Below are positions 1 to 13,258 of a DNA stretch of 64,000 nucleotides, in pieces. The notes below the pieces were generated by a model that was given only the letters and a program-made list of their open reading frames with translations, was not told where the DNA came from and did not search any database. How positions within the stretch are numbered: position 1 is the stretch's first letter; each line of letters begins with the position of its first letter. Location of the stretch: NCBI RefSeq assembly GCF_009914755.1, contig NC_060946.1; one strand, written 5' to 3'. The DNA comes from the human T2T-CHM13v2.0 reference genome, Homo sapiens. Both the position numbers and the translations under genes were made by a program.

Positions 1-200
1 TCAAATGGAATGGTCTCTAATGGAATGGACACGAATGGAATGCAATTAAAAGGAATGGAACCGAATGGAATTCAATTGAATAAAGGGGAATTGAATGGAC
101 TCGAAAAGAATGGACTAGAATTGAATGGTCTCAAATGGAATGGAATAGATTTGAAAGAATTGAATGGAATGGACTCGAACGGAATGAAAAAGAATGGAAT

Positions 201-215
201 AGAATGTTCTGGAAT
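201..215. promoter_or_regulatory. Consensus heat-shock element (nGAAn nTTCn nGAAn), candidate HSF1 site
   Basis: aGAAt gTTCt gGAAt. The motif match is direct; function is inferred. Confidence 0.4.
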
Positions 216-3200
216 GGAATGGAATCGACTCGAATGTATTGGACTCGAATAGAATGGAGTTGAATGCAATGGAATTGAATGGAATAAAATCGAATGGAAT
301 GGAATCTGATGGAAAGGAGTCGAATCAAATCGACACGAATGGAAAGAACTGGAATGGAAAAGTCTCAAATAGAAGGGAATGGAATGGTATGGGATGGACT
401 ACAATGGAATGGAAAGGAATGGAAAGGAATGGAATGGAAACGAATGTAATTGAATGGCATGGCATGGAGTGGAATGGAATGCAATGTACTCGAATGGATT
501 GGAATGGAATGGAATGCAACGCAATGGAATGGAATGGAATCGAATAGTATGGAATGGCATTGGATAGAATCAAATGCAAAGAAATGGAATGGAATGGAAT
601 GGAATTTAATGGAATTGTATAGAATAGAATAAATTGAAATGGAATGGTCTCGAATGGAATGGAATTGAAAGGAATGGAATTGAATGGATTGGAATGGAAT
701 GCGATTGACTGGAATCGAATGGAAATGAATGCTCTGGAATGGAATGGAATGGAATGGAAAGCAATGGACAGGAATTTAATGGACTTGAATGGAATGGAAT
801 CGAATGTAATGGAATCAAAAGGAATGGAATCAAATGGAATGTACTCGAATTTAACGGATTGAAATAGTATGGTCCCGAATGGAATGGAATGGAATGGAAT
901 GGAAAGGAAAGGAATGGAATGGAATGAAATCGAAAGAAATGGAAAGGAATGGAATGGAATGGAATTGAAATGAATGGAAAGGAATTGAAAGGAATTGAAT
1001 CAAATGGAATAGAATCTAATGGAAAGGAATGAAATAAAAAAATGGAAATGATTCAAATGGAAACGACTGGAATAGAGTGGAATGAAATGGAATGGAATGG
1101 ACTCGAATGTAATATACTGGAATGGAATGGACCCAAATGGAATGGAATCGAATGGAATGGACTAGAATGGAATGTAAAGGAGTGGAATGGAATGCAATAG
1201 AGTGGACTTGAATGTAATGGAATGGAAAGGAAAGGACTCAAATGGAATGCAATCGAATTGAGTGGAATGGAATAGAATGGATTGGAATGGAATAGAATGA
1301 AATGGAATGGACTACAATGTAATGAACTCTATTTGATTAGACTCCAATGGAGTGCAATCAAATGGAATGGAATCAAATGTAATGAAATTGAAAGTAATGA
1401 AATGGAATGCAAAGGACTCGAATATAATGGACAGGAATGGAAAGGTCTTGATTAGAGCCGAATGGAATGGAATGTAATCAAATGTAACGGAAGGGAATCA
1501 AATGGAATGGAATGGAATCCAATGGAATGTGCTCCAATGGAATGAACAAGAATGGAATCCAATTAAATGGAATGGAATGGAATCAAATGGAACGTAATGG
1601 AATCAAATGGAATGCAAAGCAATGGATTGGAATCAAATGCAATGGAATGGAATGGAATGGAATGCAATGGATTCGAATGGAATGGAATCGAATAAAATAG
1701 AATGGATAGGAATAAAATAAAATAGAATGCAATGGAATGGAATGAAATAGAGTGGACTTGAAAGGAATGTAAAAGAATGAAATGGAAAGCAAAGAATGGA
1801 ATGGAGTGGATCGAAAAAGATGGAATGGAAAATGTTCGAATGGAATGGACTGGAGTTGAGTGGAGTCGTACGGAATGGAATGGTACGCAATGGAATGGTA
1901 TGGAATGGAATGGGGTGGACTCGAATGGAATGGAATGCATTCGAATGGAATAGAATGTAATGGAGTGCACTGGAATGGAACGGAATGGACTGAAAAGTAT
2001 CGGATTCGAATGTAATGGACTCGAATTGAATGGAATCGATTGGAATGGAAAGAAATGGAATGGAATGGAATGGAATCGAATTTAATGGAATGGCATGGAA
2101 TGGCATCGAAGGTTATGAAATCGAATGGAATAGAATATAATGGAATGGAATGGAAATGATTCGAACGGAATGGACTGGAATGGATGGAATCAAATGCAAT
2201 GGATTGGAATGGAATGGAATGGAATGGAGTCGCATGTAATGCACTGGAATGGAATGGATTCGAATGGAATGTATTCGAATGGAATGGATTTGAATTGAAT
2301 GGACTCGAATGCAATGGAATGGAATGGAATTGAATGGAGTTGAATGTAATGAACTGGAATGTAATACACTCGAATGGAAAGGAATGGAATGGATTGCAAT
2401 GGAATGGAATAAAATGGAATAAAATGGACTCGAATGTAATGGACTCCATTGGGATGGACTGCAATGGAATGCAATAAAATGGAATGGAATGGAATCGAAA
2501 GGAATGGAGTCGAATGTAATTGATTGGAATGCAATGTACTCGAATGGAATGGACTCAAAAGGAATGGTCTCGAATAGAATAGAATGGAATTGAATGAAAT
2601 GGAATAGAATCAAATGGAATGGAATTGCGTGCAGTTGAATGGAATGGAATGAAATGGAATCGAATGGAATGGAATCGAAAGGAAATTAATGGAATGGTAT
2701 GGAATGGAATCAAATGTAATCAAATGGATTGGAATGGAAACAAATGAAACCTGATTGAATGGAATGCCATGGATTCGTATGGAAAGGATTGGAATGAAAT
2801 GGAATGGAATTGAATGTACTGGAATGGAATGGAATGGAAAGGATTCGAACGGAATGGCATGGCATGGAATGGAAGGTAATGGATTGGATTGGAATGGAAT
2901 GAAATGCAATGGAATGGATTTGAATGGAATGGAATGCAATGGAATGGAATGGAATGCAATGGAATGAAATGGAATGCAATGGAATGGAATGGAATGGAAT
3001 GGAATGGAATGGAATGGAGTGGAATAGAATTGAATGGAATGGAATGGAAATGATTCGAATAGAATGTACTGGAATTCAGTGGAATCTTATGGAATGGAAT
3101 GGAATAGAATGGAATGGTATGGAATCGAATGGAATGGAAGCTAAAGGAATGGAATTTAATGGAATGGAATCGAATGGAATCAACTCGACTTGAATGGATC

Positions 3201-4193
3201 CAAATGGATCTGTCTCGAATGTAATGGAATAGAATGGAATGGAAAGGAAAGACTCGAATGCATTGAAATGGAATGAAATGGAATGGAATGGAATGGAACT
3301 GAATGGAGTAAAATCTAATGGAATGGAATGGGATGGAATGGAGTGGATTCGAGTGGAATGGAATCAAATGGAATGGATTCGAATGGAATGGATTCGAATT
3401 GGTTGGAATGCAATTGACTCGAATGGAATGGTCTCCATGGAATGGATTCGAATGGAATGCAATCGAATGGAATGGATTTGAATTCAATCTAATTGAATGG
3501 AGTGGAATGGAATGGCAAGGACTGGAAGGGAATGGACTGCAATTGAATGGAATCACATGGAATGGACTCGAATGGAATGCACTCAAAAGGAATGCCAACG
3601 AAAGGATTGAAATCGAGTGGAATGGAATGGACTCGAAAGGAATGGACTAGAATGGAACGGTCTCGAATGGAATGCAATCAAATGAAATGGAATCGAATGG
3701 AACGGAATTAAATGGAATAGACTGGAATGGAACGGACTACAATGGAATGGATTGGAATGGAACAGTCTCCAATGGAATGGAATGGAATGCACTGGAATGG
3801 AATGGAATGCACTGGAATGGAACGGAATGGAATTGAATGGAATTCAATAGAATGGAACGCATGGGAATGGAATCGATTCCAATGAAATGGACTTGAATGC
3901 CATGGATTCGAATGGAATGGATTCAAATTAAATGGAATCGAATCGAATGGATTCGAATGGAATGGACTCGAATGGTCTCTAATGCTATGGACTCAAATAT
4001 AGTGGTCTCCAATGGAATGGACAAGAATAGAATGCAATTGGAAGGACCGGAATCGCATGGAATTGAATCGAACAAAGGGGAATTGAATGGACTCAAAAGG
4101 AATGGACAAGAATGGAATGGTCTGGAATGGAACGGAATCAAATTGAACGGAATTGAATGGAATCGATTCGAATATAAACAAATGGAATAGAAT

Positions 4194-4208
4194 CGAATAT
4201 TCTCGAAT
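4194..4208. promoter_or_regulatory. Consensus heat-shock element, candidate HSF1 site
   Basis: cGAAt aTTCt cGAAt. The motif match is direct; function is inferred. Confidence 0.4.
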
Positions 4209-7200
4209 GAATAGAATCGACTTGAAAGTAATGGACTCAAATGGATTGGACTCCAATTGAATGTAATCGAATGGAACGGAATCGTACGGAATGGAATCTA
4301 ATGGAATGGAATCAAATAGAATGGACATGAATGGAATGAACTGGAACAGAAAGGTCTCGAATTTGAAGGAATTGAATGGAATGGAATGCAAAACAATGGA
4401 ATACAACGGAATACAATGGAATAGAATGGAAAACAATGGAATGGAATGCCATGGATTCGAAATGAATGGAAAGGAAGGAAATGAAACGGTATTGAAAGGA
4501 ATATAATGGACTAGAATGGAAAGGAATGGCATGGCATGGAATGGAATTGAATGGAATGTACTCAAATGGATTGGAATGGAATGGAATGGAATGGGCTCGA
4601 ATGAAACGGAATCGAATGGAATGGAATCAACGCAATGTTATCGAAAAGAATAAATTGAAATAAACAGTCTTGAATGAAATGGAATTTAAGATAGTGGAAT
4701 GGAATGAAATTCAACGCAAATCGAATGGAGTGAGTGGAATCGATTGGAATGGATTGGATTGGAATGGACCGGAAATTAATGGACAGGAATGAAAAGGACA
4801 CGAATGGAATGGAATCGTATGGAATGGAATCAAATGGAATAGAATCGAATGGAATGGACTCTAATTGAGAGGATTGGAATGGAAGTGTCTAGAATGGAAC
4901 GGAATTGAATTTAATGCAATGGAATGGAATGGAATAGAATGGAATGACATAGAATGGAATTAAATGGAATGGAAAGAGATGGAATGATATGAAATGGATA
5001 CGAATGGAATGGAATGACATGGAATGGAAGTGAAGGGAATGGAATCCATTGGAACACAAAATAGTGGAATGGAAAGGAAAGTAATACAATGAAAACGAAT
5101 GGACTCTAATGTAATGGACAAGAATGAAATGGAGTCGAATGCAATGGACTCGAATGGAATGGGCTCAAATGGATTGGAATGGAATAGAATGGACTTGAAT
5201 GTAATGGACAGGAATGTACTGGAGAGGAATGTGATGGAAAGGAATGGACTCAAATATATCGAACTCCATTGGAATGGACTCCAATGAAATGGAATCGAAT
5301 GGAATGGACTGGAATGCAATAGACTCGAACAGAAAAGACTGGAATGGAATGGTATCGAATGGAATGGAATGGAATGGAATTAAATGGAATCAATTTGAAT
5401 GGAATGCAAACGAATGAAGTGGAATGGAATGGAATGGAATCGATGGAAGGGAATCGAAAGGAAAGGATTGGAATGGAATCAAATGGAATGGAATGGAATG
5501 GATTTGAAACAAATGGAAAAGAATGGATTGGAATGCAATGGATTCGAATGGAATGGAGTGGAATGAAATGGAATGGAACTGAATGGAATGGACTGGAATG
5601 GAAAGGACTCGAATGGAATGGAATGGCATAGAATTGAATGGACTCGAATGCAATGAAATGGAATCGAATGGAAAGGAATGCAATGGAATGGAATGGAATT
5701 CAATGGGATAGATTGGCATGGAATGGAATCGAACATGAATGGAATAGAATGGAACTGAAAGGAATATAATGGAATAGAATGGAAAGGATTCGAATGGAAT
5801 TGACTGGAATTGAATGAAATCATATGTAATGGAAAGGAATGGAATGGAATGGAATGGAATGGAATGGATTCAAATGGAATGGATTAGAATGGAATGGAAT
5901 CGAATGGAATGGACTCGAATTGAATGCAGCCAAATGGATCTGTCTGAAATGGAATGGAATGGAGTGGAATGGAATGGAAAGACTGGAATGGAATGAAATG
6001 GAATGGAGTGGAATGGAATGAAATTGAAGAGAATATAATGTAATGGAATGGAATGGAATTGAATGGATTCGAAAGGAATGGACAGGAATGGAATGGAATC
6101 GCATGGAATGTAATGGAATAGACTCGAATGTAAAGGACATGAATGGAATGGAATCGAATGGAATGTAATAGAGTGAAATGGAATGGACTCCAATGAATTG
6201 GATTGGAATGGCATGGACTCGAATGGAATGAATTCAAATGGAAAAGAATGGACAGGAATGGAATGGAATGGAATCTAATAGATTGGAATGGAATGGAATC
6301 GAATGTAATGGACTGGAATGGAATGGACTTGAATGGAATGGGCTCGAATGGAATCGACTCCATTGGAATGGACTTGAATAGAATGCGATCCAATGTAAAG
6401 GAATCGAAATTAATGGAATCAAATGAAATGGAATAGAAAGGACTCGAATGGAATGGAATACATTGGAATGGATTCGAATGGAATGCAATCGAATGGAAAG
6501 GAATCAAATGGAATAGAATGGAATTGAATGGACAGGAATGGCATGGACTCGAATGGAATGGACAGGAATGGAACAGTCTAGAATGGAATGGAATGGAATT
6601 GAATGGAATGAAATGCAATGGATAGGAATGGATGGAATCGAATGGAGTGGATACGAATGCAATGGACAGGAACGGAATGAATTCGAATGGAATGGATTCT
6701 AATGGTTTGGAATGGAGTGGACTAGAATGGAGTTGTCTCAATGGAATAGAATATATTGCTATGCAATCGAATGGAATGGAATTGAATGAAATGGAATCGA
6801 ATTAAATGGAATGGAAAGGAATGAAAAAGACTGGAAGAGAATAGACTGCAATGGAATGGACTCGAATGGAATGGATAGGAATGGAATAGACTCGAATGGA
6901 ATGCCATCGAAAGTAATGCCATCGAAAGAAATGGATTCATATGGAATGGAACGGAATGGACTCGAAAGGAATGGGCAAGTATGGAATGGTCTCGAATGGA
7001 ATGCAGATAAATGAAATGGAATTGAATGGAATGGAATCAAATGGAATGGAATCGAATGGAATAGACTGGAATGGAATGGACTCGAAAGAAATCGACTGGA
7101 ATGGAACGGTCTCGAATTGAATGGAATGGAAAGGAATGGATTTGAATGGAATGGAAAGGAATGGAATGGACAGGAATGAAATGGATTCGAATGGAATGGA

Positions 7201-10200
7201 CTCGAATGGATTGGAATCGAATGGAACGGACTCGAATGGTCTGGAATTCAATGGACTCGAATGGAATGGTCTCCAATGGAATGGACTCGAATGGAATGCA
7301 ATCTAATTAAATGGAATCGAATGGAAAGGAAGCGAATAAAATGGAATGGAATGGAGTCGAAAGGAATGGACTAGAATGGAAAGGTCTCGAATGGAATGTA
7401 ATCAAACTGAGTAGAATTGAATGGAACGTATTCGAAACGAATGAAATCGAATGGAATCGAACGGTCTGCAATGGAATAGAAGGTATTTTAATGTAACGGA
7501 TTGAACTGGAATGTACTCGAAGGGAATGTAATCAAATGGAATGAAATTGAATGGAATGGAATCTAATGGAATGGAATCGAATCAAATGGACACGAATGCA
7601 GTAAACAAGAATGGTTATGTCTCGAATGGAACGGAATGGAATGGAATCGAATCGATTGTAATAGAAAGGAATGGATTGGAATGGAGTACAATGGAACGGA
7701 ATGGAACGGAATGGAAAGGAATCGAAGGGAACAGAATGGAATGGAATGGACTGGAATGGAGTACAATGGAATGGAAACGAATGGAATGTAATGCAATGGA
7801 TTCGAATTGAAAGGAAAGGAACGGAAAGGAATATAGTCTAATGGAATGGAATGGCATGGCATGGATTGGAATGGAATGGACTGGAATGGAATATACTCGA
7901 ATGGAATGGAATGGAATGGAATGGAATGAAAGGGAAACGAATGGAATGGAATCGAATGAAACGTAACGGCATGGAATGGAATCAAATGGAGAGGAATCGA
8001 TAAAAATGGAATCGAATGGAACGGAATGGAATGGAAAGGAATGGACTCGAGTGAAATGTTATCAAATGGAATGGAATCTATTGGAATGGAATCAAATTGA
8101 ATAAATTGGAATGGAACGGTACGGAAAGGAATGGAATGGAATGCAATGCAATCAAATGCAAATGAATGGAATGGAATCGATTGGAATGGAACGGAATGGA
8201 CTGGAAAGAAATGGACAGGAATGGAATGAACTTAAATGGAATGGAATGGAATGGAAGGGAGTTTAATGGAGTGGAATGGAATGGAAAGAATTGGAATGCA
8301 ATGGAAAGGAATGGAGTGCAATGGAATGGAATGGAATCTAATGGTTTGGAATGGAAACGTAATGAATGGAATGCAATGGAACGGAATAGAATGAAGATGA
8401 ATGGAATGGAATGGAATGGAACGGAATGGAATGGAATGGAGTGGAGTGGAGTGGAGTGGAATGTAATGAAATGGATTAGAATGGATTGGAGTGGAATGCA
8501 GTGGAATGGAGTTGAGTGGAATGGAATAGAATGAAGGGGAAGGGAATGGAGTGGAACACAGTGGAATGCAGTGGAGTGGAATGGATTAGAATGGAGTGGA
8601 ATGGGGTGGATTGGAGCGGAGAGGAGTGAAAAATGGAGTGGAATGGAATGGAAAGACACGGAGTGCAATGGAATGGAGTGAAATGGAGTGTAGTGGAGAG
8701 GAGTGGAGTCGAGTCGGATGGAGGGTAATGGAATGGAGTGGAGTAAAGGGGAATGAAATGGAGTGGAGTGAAGTGGAATGCAATGGAATGGAATGTAATG
8801 GAATGGAATTCTACGGAGTGGAGTGGAGTGGAATTGAACGGAATGGAATGGAATTGAAGGGAATGGAGTGGAACGGAATGGAGTGGAATGGAATGGAGTG
8901 GAATGGAGTGAAATGGAATGGAAGGGAGTGAAATGGATTCTTGTGGATTGGAGAGGAATGGAAGGAAATGGAGTGGAATGCAATGGAGAGGAGAGGAATG
9001 GAGATGAGGGCAGTGGTATGGAGTGGACGGGAGTTGGGTGGGTTGCAATGGAATGGAAGGCAAAGGAATGGTATGGAGTGGAGTAAAATGGAATGCAGTG
9101 GAGTGGAATGGAATGGATTGGGGTGGAATGGAGTCGAGTGGAGTGGAATGGAATGGAGAGGAATGGAGTGGAGTAGAATAAAGTGTAATTGAATGGAGTA
9201 GAATGGAATGGAATGCAGTGGAGTGCAGTAGAGTGTAGTGGAATGCAATGGAATTGAATGGTATGGAATTCAGTGGAAGGGAAAGGGGTGGAATTAAATG
9301 GAGTGGAATGGAATGGAATGGATTGGAATTGAGTGGAATGGAATGGAGTTGAATGGAAAGGAGTGGAATGGAGTTGAGTGGAATGGAATTGAATGGAACA
9401 GATTGGAGTGTACTGCATAGGATTGGAATGGAATGGAATGAAGTGGAATGGCGAGTAAAGGAATGGGATGGAATGCAGTGGAGTGGAGTGGATTGGAGTC
9501 GAATGGAAAGGAAGGGAATAGACTGGAATGGAATGGAGTGGAGTGGAGTGGAGTGGAAGGGAGTGGTGTGGAATGGAGTGGAATGGAATGAAATGGAATG
9601 GAATGGAGAGGAAGAGAGAGGAGTGAAGTGGAATGGAACGAAATTGAAATGAATGGAATGGAATGTAATGAAGTGCAATGGAATGGAGTGGAGTGGAATC
9701 GAATGGAATGGAATTGAGTGGAATGGCGTGGAGTTGAGAGGAATGGAATGCAATGAATTAGAATGGAATAGAATGGAATGAAATGGATTAGAGTGGAGTG
9801 GAGTGGAATGAAATGTAGTGGAGTGTAATAGAACGTAACAGAATGCAATGTAATGGTAGGAGTGGAGTGGAGTGAAGTGGAGTGGAGGGGAGAAGGGTGG
9901 ATTGGAATTGAATGTAAAGGAATGGAATGGAATGGAATACAATGGAATGGAGTAGAGGGGAATGGAATGGAATGTATTGCAGCGGAATGCAGTGCAGAGC
10001 AGAGGAATGGAATGGAATGGAGTGGAATGAAATGGAATGGAAAGGAATGGAATGAAATGGAGTGGAGTGGAATGGAGTGTAGTGGGGTTGATTGGAAATT
10101 AATGGAATGGAGTAGAATGGATTGGAGAGGAATGGGGTGTAATGGAGTGTAGTGGAATGGAATGGAATGAAGTGGAGAAGCATGGAGTGGAATGGAGCAG

Positions 10201-11537
10201 AATGGAGTGGAATGGAGTGGAGTGCTGTGGAGTGAAATGCAGTAGAATTCAGTGGAATGCAGTGGAATGGTGTGGAATGGAGTGGAATGTAGTGGAATGG
10301 AATGGGGAAGAATGGAATGGAGTGGAGTGGAGTGGAGAGGAGCAGATTGCAGTGGAGTGGAATGCAGTGGAATGGAGTGGAATGGAATGCAGTGGAGAGG
10401 AACGGTATGGACTGGAATGGTATGGAGTGGAATGGAGTCCAGTGGAGTGGAATGGAATGGAGTGGAATGGAGTCTGGTAGAAGGAAGTGTAATGTGGTGG
10501 AATGGAATGGAATGAAATGGAGTGGAGTGCAGTGGAGTGGAGTGAAGTGGAATGGAAGGTAATGGATTGGATTTCAGTGGAATGGAATGGAGTGGAATGG
10601 AGTGGAGTGGAATAGAATTGAATGGAATGGAATGGATATGAGTGGAATGAAATGCAGTGGAATGGAAAGGAGTGGAACGGTGTTGAGAGGAATGGAATGG
10701 AATGGAATGGAATGGAGTGTAGAGGAGTGAATTGGAGTGGGATGGAATTGAATGGATTGGAATGTCATGGAATGGAATGGAAAGGAATGGAGAGGAGTGG
10801 AGAGGAGAGGAGCGGAATAGAATGGAATAGAAAGGAATAGAGAGTAATAGAATGGAGTGGAGTGCAGCGGAGTGGAATGGAATGGATTGGAGTGGAGTGA
10901 AATGGAATGGAATGGAGTGGAACGGAATGGAACGGAATGGAACTGAATGGAGTGCACTGCTTTTGAATGGAATGGAAATGTGTGGAATAGAAAGGAATAG
11001 AATGGAATGGAATAGAAAGGAGAGGAGGGGAGCGTAGTGGAGTGGAATGGAATGGAATACAATGGAATGGAAAGGAAAGGAGTGGAATGCATGGAATGGA
11101 GTGGACAGGAATGCAATGGAGTGGAGGGGAGTGGAATAGTTTGGAATGGATTGGAATGGAATGGAATGCAATGGAATGGAATGGAAGGGAATGGAAGGCA
11201 ATGGAATGGAATGGATAGGAATGGAATGGAGTGCAGTGGAATGGAATGGATAGGATTGGAAAAGAATGGAATGGAATGGAGAAGAGTAGAATGGAATAGA
11301 TTGCAGCGGAATATAAGTGAATGGAATGGAATGGAATGCAATGGAATGGAATGGAGTGAAGTGGAGTGAAGTGGATTAGAGTAGAATGGAATTGAATGGA
11401 ATGGAATGGAATGGAATACAATAGAATGGATTAGAGTGGAATGGAATGGAATGAAATGGAGTGGAATGGAGTGGATAGGAGTGGAAAGAAATGGAATGAA
11501 GTGGAGTGGAATGAAATGGAGTGGATTGGAATATATT

Positions 11538-11655
11538 GGAATGGAGTGGAGTGGACTGGAATAGAATAGAGTGGAATGAAGAAAAGTGGAATGGAGTGGA
11601 GTGGACAGGAATGGAATAGAGTGGAATGAAGAAAAGTGGAATGGAGTGGAGTGGA
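11538..11655 (+). repeat. 50-bp (10-pentamer) tandem duplication
   Basis: atagagtggaatgaagaaaagtggaatggagtggagtgga at 11566 and 11616. Confidence 0.88.
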
Positions 11656-13120
11656 ATGCAATGACATGGAATGGAATGGAATGGAATGGAGTGGAATGGA
11701 GTTTAATGGAATGGAATGGAGTGCAGCAGAGGGGAGAGTAGTGGGGTGGAATACAGTGGAATGGAGTGGAATGGAATGGAGTGGAGTGGAATGGCATGGA
11801 GCGGAATGGAATGTAGTGGAATGGAATGGATTGGAATGGAGTGTAATAGAATGGTGTGGAGTGGAGTGGAATGGAATAGACTGGATTGTTGTGGAGTGTA
11901 ATGGAATGAAATTAAGTGTAGTGGAATGGAATGGAGTGGATTGCAATGGAGAGGAATGGAATGGAGTGGAATGGAATGGAGTGAAATGGAGTGGAATCGA
12001 GTGGAGTAGACTGGAATGGATTTGAAAGGAATAGAGTGGAATGCAGGGATGTGGAATGGTATGTATTGGAATGGACTGGAGTGGAATTGAGTGGAATGGA
12101 CTGGAGTGGAATGGAATTTAATGGAATGGAATAAAATGGTATGGAATGGAGTTGAGTGGAATGGAATGGAGTGGAGTGAAATGGAATGGAATGGAGTGGA
12201 TTGAAATGGAGTGGAATGGAATGGTGAGGAATGGAATGGAGTGCAGTGGATTGCAATGTACAGAGTGGAATAGGGTGGTGTGGAATGGTATGGTATGGAG
12301 TAGAGTTTAAAGGAATGTAGTGGAGGGGCATGGAATGGAGTGGAATGTAATGGAATGGAATGCTGTGGAAAGGAATAGAATGGAGTTGAGTGGATTGGAA
12401 TGAAGTGGAGTGGAATGGAGTGGCGTGGAGTGGAATGGAATGGAGTGGAATGGAATGATGTGTGAAATGGAATGGAGTGGATTTGATTGGAATGTAATGG
12501 AGTGGAATTGAGTTGAGTGGAATGGAATGGAGAGGAATGGAATGGAATGGAATGGAATGGAATGGAATGAAGTGGAATGCAGTGGAATGGAATAGAATGG
12601 GCTGGAGTGCTGTGGAATGGAATGGAGTGTAGTGTAGCGGTACGGAATTGAATGGAAAAAAATGGAATGGAATGGAATGAAGTGGAGTGGAGAGGAGTGG
12701 AGTGGAGTGTACTGGAGTGGAGTGGATTGGGGTGGAATGGAATGAAATGCATTAATGGAATGGAATGGAATGGAGAGGAGTGGAGTGGAATGGAAAGGAA
12801 TGGAATGGAGTGGAATGGAAGGGATTGAATGGAATGTAGTGGAATGGAATGGAGGGTAACGGAATGAAATGGAATGAAGTGGAATTGAATAAAATGGCAT
12901 GGAATGCAATGCTATGGAATGGAGTTGAATGGAATGGAATTGAAATGAATGAAAAGGAATGGAATGGAGTGGAGTGGAGCGGAGTGGACTGGCCTGGACT
13001 GGAGTGGAGTGAAATAGAATGGAGTGGAGCGGAGTGGAGTGGCCTGGAATGGAGTGTAGTGAAATGGAATGGAGTGGAATGTAGTGGAATGGAGTGGAAT
13101 TAAATAGAATGAAGTAGAGT

Positions 13121-13258
13121 GGAGTGGAATGGAGTGAAGTGGAATGAAATGGAGTGGAATTGAATTGACTAAAGTGGAAAAGAATGGAGTGGAATGGAGT
13201 GAAGTGGAATGAAATGGAGTGGAATTGAATTGACTAAAGTGGAAAAGAATGGAGTGGA
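13121..13258 (+). repeat. Exact 65-bp (13-pentamer) tandem duplication
   Basis: tgactaaagtggaaaagaat at 13166 and 13231, with identical flanks. Confidence 0.9.

Larger units (their letters stand above)
1..8430 (+). repeat. HSat3 domain A1: CpG-rich dialect (GGACT CGAAT, GGAAT CGAAT, GGTCT CGAAT)
   Basis: Frequent ggactcgaat/ggaatcgaat/ggtctcgaat and rare GGAGT. Last ggactcga is at ~8043; GGAGT runs begin at ~8438. Confidence 0.88.

Noticed and set aside
1032-1042. A-rich stretch aaataaaaaaa (also caaaaaaagg at 31111) as a retrotransposon tail or polyA signal
   Set aside because: Too short, with no Alu or L1 body and no target-site duplication. AATAAA arises by chance from GGAAT-AAA variants.
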